Assembly (NCBI GenBank): GCA_042570545.1
Contig: JBHPGJ010000007.1
Span: forward strand, 275-64,274
Direction of reading: 5' to 3'
DNA from: Patescibacteria group bacterium
GTDB taxonomy: Bacteria; Patescibacteriota; Patescibacteriia; JBHPGJ01
DNA length: 64,000 nt
Made by a program: the position numbers and the translations under genes. Within the stretch, counting starts at the first letter, position 1. Each line of letters starts with the position of its first letter. The notes below the pieces were generated by a model, which made no database searches, was not told the origin of the DNA, and saw only the letters and a list, made by a program, of their open reading frames with translations. Shown here piece by piece: positions 47,649 to 57,575 of this stretch.

Positions 47649-48932
47649 TTATTTTATTGTCTGGCTTCTTAGAAATTGTATCACTTTACGATTAGCCAGT
47701 AAATTTTCTACATATTGCCGATACGCCGGCGTCTCAATTTTTTTTTGAATATCAGGATCATTTTCGTAGCGCTTTTTGGTCTCCTCGGTCTCTTTTTTAA
47801 TCTCCTCGGCTGATACTTCAACTTTTTCTTCTTGCGCAATATGACGTATTAACAAAGCGGCCTTTACTCGTTTTTCAGCCTGTGGCCTAAACTCTTTCAG
47901 CAGGTCGTCTTTGGTTTTTTTTATACTTTCCAAATATTTACCCCACTCCATACCACGACTGGCAACCTCCGATTCTAACTCGGCTAACATTTTATCAATT
48001 TCCGATTCCAGCATTATGTCCGGCAACTCGCCAAACTTGGTGCGCTCAGCAAGTTCATTAACAATCGCTTCCTCAAAGCCGCGATCGGCTCGATTATTGG
48101 CTTCGTCTTTAAGGTTTTCTGAAATCTTTTTTCGAAAAGTGCTGACATTACCTAAATCACCAAGTTGTTTTACAAAATCATCGTTAAACTCCGGTAGTTT
48201 TACCTCAAATATTTTATGCATCGTAACTTTAAAGTCAGCTTTTTGACCAGCTAAGTTATTTGCTTGATAATCCTTGGGAAAAGTAAGCTGAAACTCTTTG
48301 GTTTGGCCCTTGATCATGCCAACTAAATTATCTTCAAAACCGGAGATGAAATTTCCCTCGCCAATCACTAGCGGGTGATTTTTACTAGCGCCACCGTCGA
48401 TCTGAACCTTATCTCGCGATACAGTAAAATCGATTTCAACAAAGTCCCCACTTTGGGCTGGACGATCAATTGGGTTGTGTGTGGCCCGCATTTTACGCAG
48501 CTGATCAATTGCTTTCTCAACGTCCTTATCTTCGACTTTAATATCTTCCCGCCTAGCCTTAATATCTTTATAGTCAGCCAACTCAACTGATGGCAATAGG
48601 GCCACTGTCGCCTTATAAATAAACGGATTGTTTGGCGCCATTTTTATTATCTCAATTTTTGGCTGACCAACTACATATATTTTAGACTCAATAACAGCTT
48701 GCGGATAAGTTTTTTCAATAATTAATTGCGAAGCTTCCTGATAAATAGCCGCTTCGCCTACCTTTTTGGCCACTACTTCATAATTAGCCTTACCCGGCCG
48801 AAAGCCGGTAATTTTTACATCATTAGATATGTTGGCCGTTGCCTTATCCAACTGGGATTTTATCTCTTCGGCTGACAACTCAACCGTTAGTTCGATTTGG
48901 CTTTTAGGCAGTTCTTTGGTTGTGGTTTTCAT
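47649..48932 (-). CDS. tig: trigger factor
   Basis: N-terminal ribosome-binding, FKBP-type PPIase core (GFRPGKA) and C-terminal arm; 427 aa. Confidence 0.85.
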   Translation of the reverse strand: MKTTTKELPKSQIELTVELSAEEIKSQLDKATANISNDVKITGFRPGKANYEVVAKKVGEAAIYQEASQLIIEKTYPQAVIESKIYVVGQPKIEIIKMAPNNPFIYKATVALLPSVELADYKDIKARREDIKVEDKDVEKAIDQLRKMRATHNPIDRPAQSGDFVEIDFTVSRDKVQIDGGASKNHPLVIGEGNFISGFEDNLVGMIKGQTKEFQLTFPKDYQANNLAGQKADFKVTMHKIFEVKLPEFNDDFVKQLGDLGNVSTFRKKISENLKDEANNRADRGFEEAIVNELAERTKFGELPDIMLESEIDKMLAELESEVASRGMEWGKYLESIKKTKDDLLKEFRPQAEKRVKAALLIRHIAQEEKVEVSAEEIKKETEETKKRYENDPDIQKKIETPAYRQYVENLLANRKVIQFLRSQTIK

Positions 48933-49112
48933 AGGATTAGGAAGTTAATAAAGTATCAGCCAGTATAACGGAGCAAGGCTTATAAATCAAGAATTTGACT
49001 ATAAATTTATTTTGTATTAATATAGTTACCAACATTCCTTGAAAACCAGTAGTTATCAAGATGACGTTGAAAAAGCGGCTTTCGGTGCCGCAAGTATACG
49101 TCAACCAACCCC

Positions 49113-49131
49113 GCCTCTATAATTTATAGAG
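49113..49131. promoter_or_regulatory. perfect 8-bp inverted repeat CCTCTATA-ATT-TATAGAGG in a divergent promoter region
   Basis: Seen directly; embeds a TATAAT-like hexamer. Confidence 0.3.
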
Positions 49132-49276
49132 GGAGTCATAATTTGTGTGGGTGGTAAATCCGAATCCGAATATCGGAGATAATTGCAGGTGGGGCAATGA
49201 CCATTAAGACTTCTTCGATGTTCGGAGAAGTTGTTTTGTTTTTACCTTTTGAGAACCACGAACAGGAGGTAGTGAA

Positions 49277-49666
49277 ATGGTGCAGGTAAGTGCCGAACGC
49301 GATGCTATCGAATCATTAGTTCACCAAGCCAGGCAAATCTTCTTTAGAGAAGGTACCATCGATACCGATAGCCGTTGTGTTCTGCGGACAAACACAAGTC
49401 AGGCCCCCCTCCATCTCGCCGGTGTAAGCGCCGGAGCTAATATGCGCTCTGGCGAGAATTCCAGACTCAATGTTGTTGTTTTTGTTGACCACCCTCTCGA
49501 AGCCCAGCCCGGTCGTGAAGTGACCCGAAACTTCTCTGCCGGCTCCTCAGCGGTTCTGATCGAGAAGGGAACACAAGCTTCCTTGCTGCGGCTGGTGGAC
49601 GACAAAAACGGCAAACTGGTTTTCGAAAGAAGCGGTTTCATGCAAGAGTTCCAAGGAACCGTTTAA
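49277..49666 (+). CDS. hypothetical protein (129 aa) in a GC-rich islet
   Basis: Strong SD ACAGGAGGT 6 nt upstream; no family recognised. Confidence 0.4.
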   Translation: MVQVSAERDAIESLVHQARQIFFREGTIDTDSRCVLRTNTSQAPLHLAGVSAGANMRSGENSRLNVVVFVDHPLEAQPGREVTRNFSAGSSAVLIEKGTQASLLRLVDDKNGKLVFERSGFMQEFQGTV

Positions 49667-49720
49667 ACTTTCGCTCTTCGCTAGGAATTACGGGAAGGCC
49701 TAAAAACCTTCCCCTTTATT

Positions 49721-51166
49721 TTAATCTTTTGGCCGATTATCAACTATGCGTTTTTCTTTTAGTTCTGTTTCCATGCCCAGCTCCTCAAGTAATTTATTTA
49801 CATCTTCCTGGACAATATTGGCTGATACTTGAATATCATCTCTTACTTGTTTTTCTAACAGTGTTTTGAACTCATCAAATTTAACATCTGGTTTTAGAGC
49901 TACTGCTAATTCGATTTCATCAAGATCATGCGGATCATTATTACGTTTATTTATACGTACCTGCCACTCTTCGATCTCTTTTAAGCCCGATAGTAAAGGA
50001 TAGAAATTATTAAGATTTATCAATTCACCCTTGACCTTGGTCAGATTAAACTCCTTAACCTCACTCTTGCGCTGGATATCCGGATAAATTTGCGGAACAG
50101 TTTTACCGCATGACGGACATGGTTCATAATTTATACGCTTAACCAAATCACCAGTCCGGTAGCGCACCACCACCGAACCCCGCCAGTCTAGCGAGGTATA
50201 TACTAATTCACCATCTTCCTGCACCCGCTTGCCCTCTTCGTTTACTAATTCAAAATATTCCAGATCTGGGTAAAGGTGATAACCGGTTGACTCAGCACAC
50301 TGTATCCAGGCCGTTTTACCTTCAGTCATGGCGTAAGTAGAATATATCTGCGGTAATTTTGCACCCATTTGTTCTAATAGCTGCCGAGCTTTTTCGCGCA
50401 GTCCCTGACTGACCCTCTCACCGCCAAACATAACATATTTTACATTTGAAAAATCCCGTTTTTGTTTAGCTGCTTCACGCAAAAGGTGATAGGCATAGCC
50501 AGGTATAAAAGACACTAAAGAAGCCTTTAATCTCTCAATAGAATCAATAATTTTCTGCGTACCCATGATTTTACCTCCGCCTGTTTGCACAGAAGTCATG
50601 CCCAACTTGTTCATGGCGTGATAGGCCAGCCAGAATGCCAGGTGGGGGGAATAAGGAAAAGCGTTTATGGCCACCTGGTCCCGGGGTACGCCTACCACAT
50701 CAAGCAAGCGCTCACCAGTTTCTCTTAACTTGGTTATATCTCTTGCCGAATAAGTAAAAGCTGTCGGCAGGGCGGTCCGTCCGGTCGTAAAGTGCATATG
50801 AATTGGCTTGTATTCTGCTTCCAACATCCTTTTCGGATCCTCACGTCTCAATTTTAACCAGACGATCTTGGCTAACAAAGATTTGGGCGCATGTTTTTTT
50901 ATCAATTCTTCATCAGGGGCTAATATAAATTGCCTGGGACGAGCCCGATCATCTTCAGTTGGTGCCAGATCAGCCTTGGATACAAACGGTAATTTCTGTA
51001 AATCATCAGTTGTTTTGATCTCATTAAAAGAAAGATCTTTTTTCTTAAAGAGTTCTCGATAGTAAGGCGAATAGGGCAGTTGATGTTTTACGAACTTATG
51101 CAGTAATTTATTCTGCAGCTCTTGAGTTTGTTGCTGGTTTAAAGACGTTAACTTTTTCCAATTCAT
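49721..51166 (-). CDS. phenylacetate-CoA ligase-like adenylate-forming enzyme (PaaK / F390-synthetase / CapK family)
   Basis: ANL-superfamily core motifs (SGGTTG-like FTTGRT, YSTYAMTE, Gly-rich GDLV); 481 aa. Confidence 0.65.
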   Translation of the reverse strand: MNWKKLTSLNQQQTQELQNKLLHKFVKHQLPYSPYYRELFKKKDLSFNEIKTTDDLQKLPFVSKADLAPTEDDRARPRQFILAPDEELIKKHAPKSLLAKIVWLKLRREDPKRMLEAEYKPIHMHFTTGRTALPTAFTYSARDITKLRETGERLLDVVGVPRDQVAINAFPYSPHLAFWLAYHAMNKLGMTSVQTGGGKIMGTQKIIDSIERLKASLVSFIPGYAYHLLREAAKQKRDFSNVKYVMFGGERVSQGLREKARQLLEQMGAKLPQIYSTYAMTEGKTAWIQCAESTGYHLYPDLEYFELVNEEGKRVQEDGELVYTSLDWRGSVVVRYRTGDLVKRINYEPCPSCGKTVPQIYPDIQRKSEVKEFNLTKVKGELINLNNFYPLLSGLKEIEEWQVRINKRNNDPHDLDEIELAVALKPDVKFDEFKTLLEKQVRDDIQVSANIVQEDVNKLLEELGMETELKEKRIVDNRPKD

Positions 51167-51237
51167 GAGAATAATGTTAATTAATCAGCTAACCTCCGCT
51201 ATTTAATCTATTGTTTTTTATCAAAATAGGCAAGTAC

Positions 51238-51843
51238 TTAATCAACCTTTTTATCACACAACTTAGCGATATTTTTCATCATTTCTTGAGTGAGCTTATT
51301 TATTAAATCAGCTTCAAGTTCTTGGTCAAAATATTTTATATATTCAATAGGTTTACCGACATTGATTGAATATTTTTTGTTATTGCCGATCCATGACCTG
51401 ACCGAATCCAGATATGATGAATCACCGTGACCAACAATTCCTAGCGGGACGATCGGCACCTGGGCCTTTATGGCCATTCTGACCGTGCCAGTTTTACCCG
51501 GTAATAAACGGTCAGTTAAATTGCGCCGGCCCTCAGGAAAATTACAAATGATTCTTCCCCGGTTGAGCATTTTTACTACCCGACTTAAAGTTTTGATCTT
51601 ATCCTGCCAATCAATTTGAATTACTACTCTAGTCCACCAATAATTATTTGTCTTAGCCAGAAAATAAATGTAATCATCTCGGTGTGGATGAAAAGCGGCG
51701 GTGATGCGAAAACCATCAAGATAGTCATTGTGATTAGCAGCAATTAAATAAGGACCCTCAGCCGGGAGATTATCAAGACCATTTAGCGAATCAATTGATT
51801 TTCGAAAAAACTCATATACTGCCAAGCGAATGATTTTTTTCAT
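51238..51843 (-). CDS. plsC: 1-acyl-sn-glycerol-3-phosphate acyltransferase family (copy 3)
   Basis: HxxxxD (NHNDYLD) and FPEGRR motifs. Confidence 0.65.
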   Translation of the reverse strand: MKKIIRLAVYEFFRKSIDSLNGLDNLPAEGPYLIAANHNDYLDGFRITAAFHPHRDDYIYFLAKTNNYWWTRVVIQIDWQDKIKTLSRVVKMLNRGRIICNFPEGRRNLTDRLLPGKTGTVRMAIKAQVPIVPLGIVGHGDSSYLDSVRSWIGNNKKYSINVGKPIEYIKYFDQELEADLINKLTQEMMKNIAKLCDKKVD

Positions 51844-51844
51844 G

Positions 51845-52474
51845 TTAGTAAGTATAATTTTTATTACACAACTTACCGATGGATTTCATAATGGTCCTGG
51901 TCGTATCAACTAGTTGGTCGTAATTAAGACTTTCCAACGATTGCTTGGGAAAATTTATCGGTTGGCCGATAGTTATACTAAATTGATCATGAGAAAGGAA
52001 ATAATTTTTTACTGCTTGAGGCATAGTGGCGCCCTTAGGTACAAAGATACCCGTAGGAATGACCGGCACACCGGTAGCTAAAGCTAACCTGGCCGCACCA
52101 GTTTTGCCTTTGAGCATATTGATTTTTGATACTCGGTTTCGGGTACTCTCGGGAAATATACCGATACAATATCCCTGATCTAAGTTCTCATTAGCTGTCT
52201 TTAAGACAGCCGCTTTATCTTTGGTATCAATATAAAGCATGCCCAGCCAATTTCCCAAGCGGCCAAAATACTTACGTAATTCATGCTTGGCCGGAAAATA
52301 CATCTGCCGTCGGCAATACTTAGCGGTGGCGTACCACATAGTAAGCGGATCAAGATAACTCTGATGATTACCAACCATGATAAATGGCGTATCAAGCGGT
52401 AGTCGTTCAGAATGAAATACCGTAATTCTTTTACCAACTAATTTCAATAAAGTTTTTTGTGATTTAGTAAGCAT
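51845..52474 (-). CDS. plsC: 1-acyl-sn-glycerol-3-phosphate acyltransferase family (copy 2)
   Basis: NHQSYLD and FPESTRN motifs. Confidence 0.65.
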   Translation of the reverse strand: MLTKSQKTLLKLVGKRITVFHSERLPLDTPFIMVGNHQSYLDPLTMWYATAKYCRRQMYFPAKHELRKYFGRLGNWLGMLYIDTKDKAAVLKTANENLDQGYCIGIFPESTRNRVSKINMLKGKTGAARLALATGVPVIPTGIFVPKGATMPQAVKNYFLSHDQFSITIGQPINFPKQSLESLNYDQLVDTTRTIMKSIGKLCNKNYTY

Positions 52475-53078
52475 CTATTATTGGCTTACCTGATAAACTA
52501 CTAATAGCAACCATGAATTTATCCGTTACCTCTCGTATTAATTGATAATCAACTGGCTGGTCATAGTATTCAGAAATGTCGATTTGACGACCAATACGAA
52601 TCTCAATATGACGCCACCAGGCCCAGAATGACATTATACCCATCATAGCATGTACCCCCTTGCCCCCACGCATACCGATTGGAATTACTGGAGTACGAGA
52701 AGATAGGGCTAAGCGAGCAGCGCCAGTTTTACCTATTCTTAAAAACTTATCCTCGTTACTTTTACCCTCGGGAAAAATTACCACTGGACTGCCTCGCTTC
52801 AGACATTTTATACACTTTTTTAAGACGGCCGAAGGATTTTTCCGATTAATTGGAATAGAACCAAACCAGGCATATTTACGAGAGCTAGCAATAAAGTAGA
52901 CTTTTTTATTTTGAAACTTTGATAAGACAGCTGCCAATAGCGGCGAATCCATCCAGCTATTGTGATTAGCTACTACCACAAAGGGACCACTGGCTGGTAG
53001 ATTTTCTTTGCCAGATATTTTCTTTACGCGTTTACGCAGTAAAGGTATTAACCACAGTCTTGTCAGGGGATAAGCCAT
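52464..53078 (-). CDS. plsC: 1-acyl-sn-glycerol-3-phosphate acyltransferase family (copy 1)
   Basis: NHNSWMD and FPEGKSN motifs. Confidence 0.65.
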   Translation of the reverse strand: MAYPLTRLWLIPLLRKRVKKISGKENLPASGPFVVVANHNSWMDSPLLAAVLSKFQNKKVYFIASSRKYAWFGSIPINRKNPSAVLKKCIKCLKRGSPVVIFPEGKSNEDKFLRIGKTGAARLALSSRTPVIPIGMRGGKGVHAMMGIMSFWAWWRHIEIRIGRQIDISEYYDQPVDYQLIREVTDKFMVAISSLSGKPIIDAY

Positions 53079-53091
53079 ATGCCCCTTATTG

Positions 53092-55065
53092 TTAGATAAA
53101 TATTGGAGCTAATACTAACGACACGATAGCCATTAGTTTAATTAGAATGTTCATCGAAGGACCCGATGTATCTTTAAAGGGATCGCCCACAGTATCTCCA
53201 ACCACCGCTGCTTTATGCGAATCAGATCCCTTGCCGCCATGATGCCCTGCCTCAATATATTTTTTTGCATTATCCCAAGCACCACCAGCGTTGGCCATCA
53301 TCAAAGCCATCAATACTCCGGTGACGGTGGCTCCAGCCAACAAACCTCCCAAGGCCTCAGGTCCGAGAGTTAAACCAACGATAACTGGAGCAGTGATTGC
53401 AACTATACCCGGCAGAATCATTTCTTTAATTGCGGCATGAGCGGAAATAGCTACACAACGGGCTGAGTCAGGCTTGGCCCGGCCCTCCATTAAACCAGGG
53501 ATTTCTTTGAATTGTCGACGTACCTCTTTGACCATTTTAAAGGCGGCGCGACCAACAGCTGTCATGGTAATTGAAGCAATAAAGAATGGTAATATGCCAC
53601 CAAGTAACAGGCCAACTACCACATCGGGTTCGGTTAAGCTAATTACCGTAAGGCCAACCGCTGAAGAATAAGCTGAGAATAATGCCAAAGCGGTAAGCGC
53701 AGCCGAACCGATAGCAAAACCTTTACCAATAGCAGCCGTAGTATTGCCCAGGGCATCCAGGCGATCGGTTATTTTTCTAGTATCATCACCAAGACCGGAC
53801 ATTTCTGAAATACCACCAGCGTTATCAGAAATTGGGCCATAGGCATCAACGGACATCACTACTCCGATAGTGGCTAACATGCCAACTGCTGAAATGCCAA
53901 TGCCATATAGGCCGGCTAATTCATAACCAATATATATAGCGGCCGCAATAATAATAACCGGCAAGGCCACGCTTTCCATGCCAACCGCTAAACCGGATAT
54001 GATATTAGTCGCACTGCCGGTTTCTGAAGATCGAGCAATCTTTTTGACCGGTTTCTTGGCCGTATAGTATTCGGTCAGTAATCCGATTATAATTCCGGCA
54101 GCGGAACCTGACAGAACGGCCCAAAAGGCTCCTAGTGGAAGTTTTAGCCAATCAACGACAAAATAAGTAGCGATAACCAATACAGCGGCGGCAACGTAAG
54201 TAACGTAGCGTAAGACTGTGGCCGGATTTAAACCACGAAATATTCTAACAGACAAGATGCCCAATATTGATGCCACCAGTCCAATGGTGACAATCCATAA
54301 AGGCAAGCTCATGTATTCTAGTTTAGATAAAGCATAGGCCGAGCCGGTAGCAGCGATGGCAATAGTGGCCACTATCGAACCAATGTATGACTCAAATAAA
54401 TCAGCACCCAGACCAGCTACATCACCGACATTATCACCAACGTTGTCGGCAATTACAGCCGGGTTTCTCGGATCATCTTCGGGAATACCCGCTTCAACCT
54501 TACCGACCAAATCAGCGCCGACGTCGGCTGTCTTGGTGTAGATACCACCACCGACACGGGCAAACAGTGCAATTGAAGAAGCGCCCATGGCAAAACCGGA
54601 TAAAACCGTATAATTTGCTTCGTGAAAAAAGTGGAAATAAAGACTAATACCGATCAAACCCAGCGAAGCAACTGACATGCCCATTACCGCTCCACCACTA
54701 AAAGCAATAGTTAAAGCCTTGGGCTGATTGCCCTCAGAAGCGGCTTGGGCCGTGCGTACATTTGCTCGGGTCGCAGCTTGCATGCCAAAAATTCCGGCTA
54801 GCATCGAAGAAATAGCCCCACTAATAAAGGCTACCGCTGACCATATTTCTAGTTGCCACCATAAGAGGAAAAAAATTGCAAATACAAATCCAGCTAGAAT
54901 TGAATATTCTTTTTTAAGAAAAACCAAAGCTCCTTCGTGAATAGCGGCTGATATTTCTTTCATTTTATCTGAACCGGGATTTGCCCGTTTAACCGAAAGA
55001 AATAATATCCAGGCAAAAGCCAGGCCGATGACGCCGATAATAACGCCGATAATACCTAAATCCAT
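53092..55065 (-). CDS. hppA: membrane-bound proton/sodium-translocating pyrophosphatase (K+-dependent type signature)
   Basis: GGG(I/V)[12 protein letters not shown] and [18 protein letters not shown] motifs; Ala in GNTTAA. Confidence 0.9.
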   Translation of the reverse strand: MDLGIIGVIIGVIGLAFAWILFLSVKRANPGSDKMKEISAAIHEGALVFLKKEYSILAGFVFAIFFLLWWQLEIWSAVAFISGAISSMLAGIFGMQAATRANVRTAQAASEGNQPKALTIAFSGGAVMGMSVASLGLIGISLYFHFFHEANYTVLSGFAMGASSIALFARVGGGIYTKTADVGADLVGKVEAGIPEDDPRNPAVIADNVGDNVGDVAGLGADLFESYIGSIVATIAIAATGSAYALSKLEYMSLPLWIVTIGLVASILGILSVRIFRGLNPATVLRYVTYVAAAVLVIATYFVVDWLKLPLGAFWAVLSGSAAGIIIGLLTEYYTAKKPVKKIARSSETGSATNIISGLAVGMESVALPVIIIAAAIYIGYELAGLYGIGISAVGMLATIGVVMSVDAYGPISDNAGGISEMSGLGDDTRKITDRLDALGNTTAAIGKGFAIGSAALTALALFSAYSSAVGLTVISLTEPDVVVGLLLGGILPFFIASITMTAVGRAAFKMVKEVRRQFKEIPGLMEGRAKPDSARCVAISAHAAIKEMILPGIVAITAPVIVGLTLGPEALGGLLAGATVTGVLMALMMANAGGAWDNAKKYIEAGHHGGKGSDSHKAAVVGDTVGDPFKDTSGPSMNILIKLMAIVSLVLAPIFI

Positions 55066-55107
55066 GTTTGTTTAATTGAATTAGTTAATAATAAATACAA
55101 TTAATAA

Positions 55108-56550
55108 TTATTTTTTATCTTTTTCATCTACTGACTCAGGCTTGGCTGCTTTTTTATCATTTTCTTCTGTTTTGGGTTCCGGCGGTTTCTCGGCTGACTT
55201 TTCATTGGCCTTTTCTTCGGCAGGTTCCTCATTTTTTGATTCATCTTTTACTTCATCGTCAGTTGTTGATCCTTTTTCAGTTTCTCCTTCTTCAGATTCA
55301 CCAGACTCGCCATCTTCAGGCGATTTGGATTCTATATTTTTACCTTCAGATGTGATATCTATTTTCCAACCCGTTAGTCGTGCTGCTAAACGAACATTTT
55401 GCCCCGCCTTGCCAATTGCTAGTGACAGCTGATCTTCCTTTACTTCTGCAATAGCTACTCTTTCTTCATCATTAAGCTTAATCGCTAGTACCTTAGCTGG
55501 CGATAAAGCGTTGGTAATAAAATTAACCGGATCTTCATTATATTCAATGATATCGATTTTTTCACCACCAAGCTCAGTAATTATAGTTTGTACTCGTGAA
55601 CCCCTTTGCCCCACGCATGAACCAACCGGGTCGATATTTTTTTGACTGGAAAAAACCGCGACTTTTGTCCGGGAACCAGCTTCACGAGCTACGGCTTTTA
55701 TCTCAACCGAGCCAGCGGATATTTCAGGTACTTCCATGGCAAAAAGTTGTGCTACCATTTCCGGTTTGGCGCGAGACACGATTATTTCTGGTCCTTTGGG
55801 GGACATAGTAACAGAGATGACATATATTTTTATTCTTTGTCCCGGGGTATATTGTTCATCGGGTATTTGCTCGCCAGGCGGCATTAAGGCGGTGGTGGCA
55901 CCCAAATCGATTAGGACCATACGTCCCTCAACTCGCTGGATAGTAGCATTAATAACACTACCTTCTTTATCTTTAAATTCATTATATAAATTCTCACGTT
56001 CGGCTTCTCGTAATTTTTGGATAATAACCTGTTTAGCGGTTTGAGCAGCCATGCGTCCATAGGCAGCCGGTGGGAATAATTCAGTACGAATAACATCATC
56101 TAGTTTGGCGTCTTTTTTAATCTCTTTGGCCTCAGATAGAGAAAACATGGATTTGGGATCATAGCGGTCCTCTACTTCTTCTTCAGTATCTTCGGACTTC
56201 TGTTCATCGTCTTTTTTTACTTCTTCAGTTTTTTTCTTGGAATCTTTATCTTCTTTAATCTCAGCGACTTCGGCCTTTGCTTCTTCTTCGGCTTGAGCTT
56301 CGCGCTCAGCTTTCTCTTTCTCCCATTTTTCTTTTAGTTCATTAGCGACAACTTTCTTTTCATCAAAAACACGTGCTCCGCCGGTGTCGGCGTCAAATTC
56401 AACAATAATATTTTGATTTTTTTCACCGAAGTCTTTACGATAGGCAACCGCTAAAGCCGCCTCAACGGTAGTAATAACTGATTCGTATGATATTTTTTTC
56501 TCTTCACAAATCTGCTTGATGGCCAGACTAATTTCTGAAACTTTAGTCAT
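55108..56550 (-). CDS. nusA: transcription termination/antitermination factor NusA with KE-rich insertion and acidic C-terminal tail
   Basis: N-terminal domain, S1 and two KH domains (GxxG loops); 480 aa. Confidence 0.85.
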   Translation of the reverse strand: MTKVSEISLAIKQICEEKKISYESVITTVEAALAVAYRKDFGEKNQNIIVEFDADTGGARVFDEKKVVANELKEKWEKEKAEREAQAEEEAKAEVAEIKEDKDSKKKTEEVKKDDEQKSEDTEEEVEDRYDPKSMFSLSEAKEIKKDAKLDDVIRTELFPPAAYGRMAAQTAKQVIIQKLREAERENLYNEFKDKEGSVINATIQRVEGRMVLIDLGATTALMPPGEQIPDEQYTPGQRIKIYVISVTMSPKGPEIIVSRAKPEMVAQLFAMEVPEISAGSVEIKAVAREAGSRTKVAVFSSQKNIDPVGSCVGQRGSRVQTIITELGGEKIDIIEYNEDPVNFITNALSPAKVLAIKLNDEERVAIAEVKEDQLSLAIGKAGQNVRLAARLTGWKIDITSEGKNIESKSPEDGESGESEEGETEKGSTTDDEVKDESKNEEPAEEKANEKSAEKPPEPKTEENDKKAAKPESVDEKDKK

Positions 56551-56639
56551 TGTATATTTCTTATTATTAAAAATGACTAGTCTACATAATAAACTAGTCT
56601 AAAATAAGTATAGAGGAATGAATTTTTTTTAGCAAGTAT

Positions 56640-57008
56640 CTAGTCTTCAGCTTCGATGATATTATTCCACCGTTCTATTTGCCAACGCCCAGCCACCTTA
56701 CTAATGGTTATAAGATCAAATTGATAATCTGATACTTTTACGTTTTTTTGTTCCATATACCGCATACCGGCTTGCCACAAACGGTGCTGCTTAGATCTGG
56801 TTAAGGCTTCTTTGGCCGAGCCATAGGACGTACCACTACGTGTCTTTACCTCAATAAAATGCACAACTTCATTCTTCTGAGCAACAATGTCCAATTCGCC
56901 GTAGCGGGTATGATAATTACGCTCTAAAATTTTAAAACCACCTCGCTGAAGATATTCATCAGCCATGATCTCACCAGCTTGACCAAGTTTTTTATCCTGC
57001 TTTGACAA
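56640..57008 (-). CDS. yraN: YraN-family endonuclease (UPF0102)
   Basis: GE..A..YL...G..IL.RN......GE.D.V motif. Confidence 0.7.
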   Translation of the reverse strand: MSKQDKKLGQAGEIMADEYLQRGGFKILERNYHTRYGELDIVAQKNEVVHFIEVKTRSGTSYGSAKEALTRSKQHRLWQAGMRYMEQKNVKVSDYQFDLITISKVAGRWQIERWNNIIEAED

Positions 57009-57555
57009 CTATTAATCCCCAATGATAAGGACCGGCCGTAAAAGAATCAAATTCTGCCAACTCAGCTTGGGCAGCTAATCGATTAACGACTTCCGGCCTA
57101 ACTACACTATTTGGCTTTGGACCAAAAGCATGACCGCCGGTTTTCCAATCAGCGATTAACAACCGGCCACCGGTCTTAAGCATTCTCGAAGCTTCCATCA
57201 ATATTTCTAAATGATGATTAGTCTGATGAATGGTGTTGACTAATATAGCGGCATCCAAACTGCCATTGGTGATTTTATTTGCTCCGCCAATAACTTCAAG
57301 ATTTGACCAAACACAATGAATGATGTGATTGACCCCCAGAGCGGTGGCTTTACTATAGAGTGCTGATAACGCCGGTTTGTAAATATCAACCGCATAAACC
57401 AAGCCTTCGTCAGTCACCATTTTTGCCGCCTGAATAGTAAAGTAACCAGCCCCCCCACTGCCAAGATCAGCTACTCGCATACCGGCAGATAAGCCTAGCT
57501 TGTCTAATAGTTCAGCTGGATTTAATAATTCCGTTCCTGATGGGGCTTTTAGCAT
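56992..57555 (-). CDS. class I SAM-dependent methyltransferase (start trimmed to internal Met to avoid overlap with rnhB)
   Basis: Motif I VADLGSGGAGYFT; the track ORF extends to 57690. Confidence 0.55.
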   Translation of the reverse strand: MLKAPSGTELLNPAELLDKLGLSAGMRVADLGSGGAGYFTIQAAKMVTDEGLVYAVDIYKPALSALYSKATALGVNHIIHCVWSNLEVIGGANKITNGSLDAAILVNTIHQTNHHLEILMEASRMLKTGGRLLIADWKTGGHAFGPKPNSVVRPEVVNRLAAQAELAEFDSFTAGPYHWGLIVVKAG

Positions 57556-57575
57556 GATCTTATTATACCACCAAT

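Noticed and set aside
55142-56099. Several 60-100 aa ORFs antisense to nusA, and similar ones antisense to the HK, hppA, tkt and tig
   Set aside because: Antisense shadows within well-supported long genes.
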